This document shows, in pieces, positions 61,971-64,000 of a stretch of 64,000 nucleotides of DNA. The stretch is from positions 71,690 to 135,689 of the forward strand of contig LPNZ01009878.1 in the NCBI GenBank assembly GCA_001655205.1, read 5' to 3'. Numbering within the stretch: the first letter of the stretch is position 1; every line of letters begins with the position of its first letter. Origin of the DNA: Lenisia limosa (Eukaryota; Protista; Breviatea). The notes beneath the pieces are model-generated. The model was not told the origin of the DNA. It made no database searches and worked only from the letters and a program-made list of their open reading frames with translations. The translations under genes were made by a program, and so were the position numbers.

Positions 61971-62818
61971 GGGTGTTTGTAACAACAAAATTAAAACAGG
62001 TATTATTTTTTTTGGCTCGTGTGGACCTTTGGCTTTTTATATATTCTTGTAAAGTATGCAGGATGATCGTTCCATCAGCTGATAGAGTTGGGCATGAATG
62101 TAGTGTGTTCATATATGATATATCATATATTACTATAATTAAATCAGAGTATTATGTACCATGTGAGAGCTAGCAATTCGTTCATTGGTAGTTATTCGGT
62201 CTTTTTTTTTATCAAAAAAAGTGATGCCATAATATGTCACTTCATCTCAGCCTCAGCATAGAAAAGACCACATCAAAAAAATAAATATTTTTGGCTGTAT
62301 TAATGTCCAAAAAATACCATGAGTTACAGAGGAGGATTAGCCGATTCTGGTGTCAAATTTTGAACTTTTTGAAATATTGGAAGCAAGATTGCTGACGGGG
62401 GGAAAAAAGTCTACATAATGAGGAAAGTTCAAATGTAGAAAAGAACTCTCAAAAAAGAGATGGTCCCAGTGAAGAATGCTCTTTCCAACCAACCTCAAAA
62501 ACTGGAATAATTTTTTCAGTATTTTCTAATTTGATAGCAAGGTATGTTGCTATTGATAGTTTGTGTATTGCTTCATTGATGAGTACCTAAACAAAGTAAG
62601 AACAGTATATGATGATATGATATGCTATATACTATTACTATATGTATATATATGTATATAATGTAGAAAGGTAGTATCTGTTCGTAGCCGTCACATGCAT
62701 GATCTTGCAGCAGTCTGGTGAAAATAGTATCAGAGAGAATACATGATCAAATTTCAAATTGAAATTTTAATAAATAATAAATAGCTTCTTAATGTAATAC
62801 TCCTATGGTATTAGTAGT

Positions 62819-63865
62819 TTATGTTGTTAAACAAAGAATAAGATCGTCAATTACTATTACAGATGCAAAAAGATAAGACGGATCTGAAACAGTTTTTTCA
62901 AAAGAACCTACTTGATCTATAGAATTCCTGTCGAAAAATCTTGTATGTATATGTCCGCCGAAAGTGCGCTTTGTCAGTTGCAAGCCAAAGTGACTCATAA
63001 TATCTACTGATTCTGGAGCATGTGAGAAATATAGCAATAAAAACAAGGTTGTATCTGGCCAAACCGTCCACACCATCACACTTATAAGAGATATTGGACT
63101 ATAGTATGATATTAATTCACCCAATCATTTGCCTTTGCACACAGCTTTCTGCGTACCTCCCCAGCACACCCACAAGGATTAGACTCATGAATAAGGACAA
63201 AAGCCCCTGCACAATAACCCAGTTAGGCCCTCCTAAACCTTGTGTCACGGATTCAGGAGGTGCCAAGGAATTAGAATTGCAGATATCAAAGGCTTTATAT
63301 CAAATTATTATCGTAAATATGTCGCTGAGGACCCTCAGTTTTGTTCGATGCGGAGTCATATTCTTTATGATAACCAAAACAACCCATGGGTAATTGTGAG
63401 GCTGACTAACCTTCAACTGTAGAAAATGTTCTTGCTATAAGGGAACAGACAAACACTGCTGCAAAAACGAAGAAAACTGAGTAACTCATCTGAGGTGTAA
63501 AAAAATTGAGAAAACAAAACATACAGGTAACGATAGGGCAGAAGCTAGGAGGAGTGAAGAATGAAGCCTTGTCCAAAAAGGGTTTGTGGATGTCATTGTG
63601 TGACGAATGACTCCGCTCACAGGCGACCACGATCGTGCTTCAAAACCCTACAAAGGTAAGTCACTCCACAGACTCAAATCGCAACCATGATTCCCACTTT
63701 GCATTTTACCGGTTTTGGCAGACATACAGTCACCAAGTCTTTTTCAGCTTTACCTAAGAAGTAACACATCCAACTATTAAAATTAAAAATTACCAAAAAC
63801 AAACACCTCAAACTGTTTTCTGATGCCAACACTCGCTGCAATGCTGGCAGGTTTTCTGCTTGCAT
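62819..63865 (-). CDS. Possible uncharacterised spliced gene
   Basis: Exon-like pieces: MQAENLPALQRVLASENSLR, IHKPFLDKASFFTPPSFCPIV and AFVLIHESNPCGCAGE, plus an open frame at 62819-63124. The exon chain is not resolved. Confidence 0.3.
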
Positions 63866-64000
63866 TATCTATTTGGGGTGACTATTCCGTGACTATTCGG
63901 TTTGAAAAATTTTACAATTGTAACCTTTGTTTACAATGAGGAGAGGTGGGAAGGTTGTGGGAAGGCGTTCGTCCAGTGGTTTTAGGAAAGAGGGGGGGGG

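Noticed and set aside
1-64000. Alternative genetic code, tRNA/rRNA genes, or an autonomous transposon or viral insert
   Set aside because: CK2 alpha, CANT1, HACD and the IFT144 and dynamin exons I checked translate with the standard code once spliced. I saw no tRNA or rRNA signatures and no transposase, reverse transcriptase or capsid motifs. This was by eye only.

Overview
Eukaryotic nuclear DNA from a compact, intron-dense genome. Most introns are about 24-60 nt, the genetic code is standard, and there are seven N gaps. I spliced and translated exons by hand on both strands, so gene boundaries are approximate and family assignments come from recalled motifs, not database searches. Confidently recognised genes are GDAP2 (macro + CRAL-TRIO), a Drp1/Vps1-type dynamin, SMC5, CANT1-type apyrase, a CK2 alpha kinase, a fungal-type Zn(II)2Cys6 transcription factor, IFT144/WDR19, HACD/PHS1 and a Ki-67-like FHA protein. 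Several spliced genes remain uncharacterised. The gene content suggests a flagellated unicellular amorphean, either a holozoan protist or a flagellated amoebozoan (inference). Four observations stand out. (1) A 9 kb gene encodes a membrane metalloprotease receptor with an architecture I do not recognise: signal peptide, prodomain, reprolysin, disintegrin, Cys-rich, several TSP1, several CCP/sushi, IPT/TIG-like, TM and a cytoplasmic SH3. (2) Almost every 25-55 nt tandem duplication in the window overlaps or starts at a splice donor or acceptor (nine clear cases), and surplus copies are often mutated. (3) Two 24-26 nt introns are needed to rebuild conserved domains but have no terminal AG. (4) The small FHA protein combines a Ki-67-like FHA domain with a PP1-binding KVSF motif. 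I found no rRNA, tRNA, CRISPR array or autonomous transposon.
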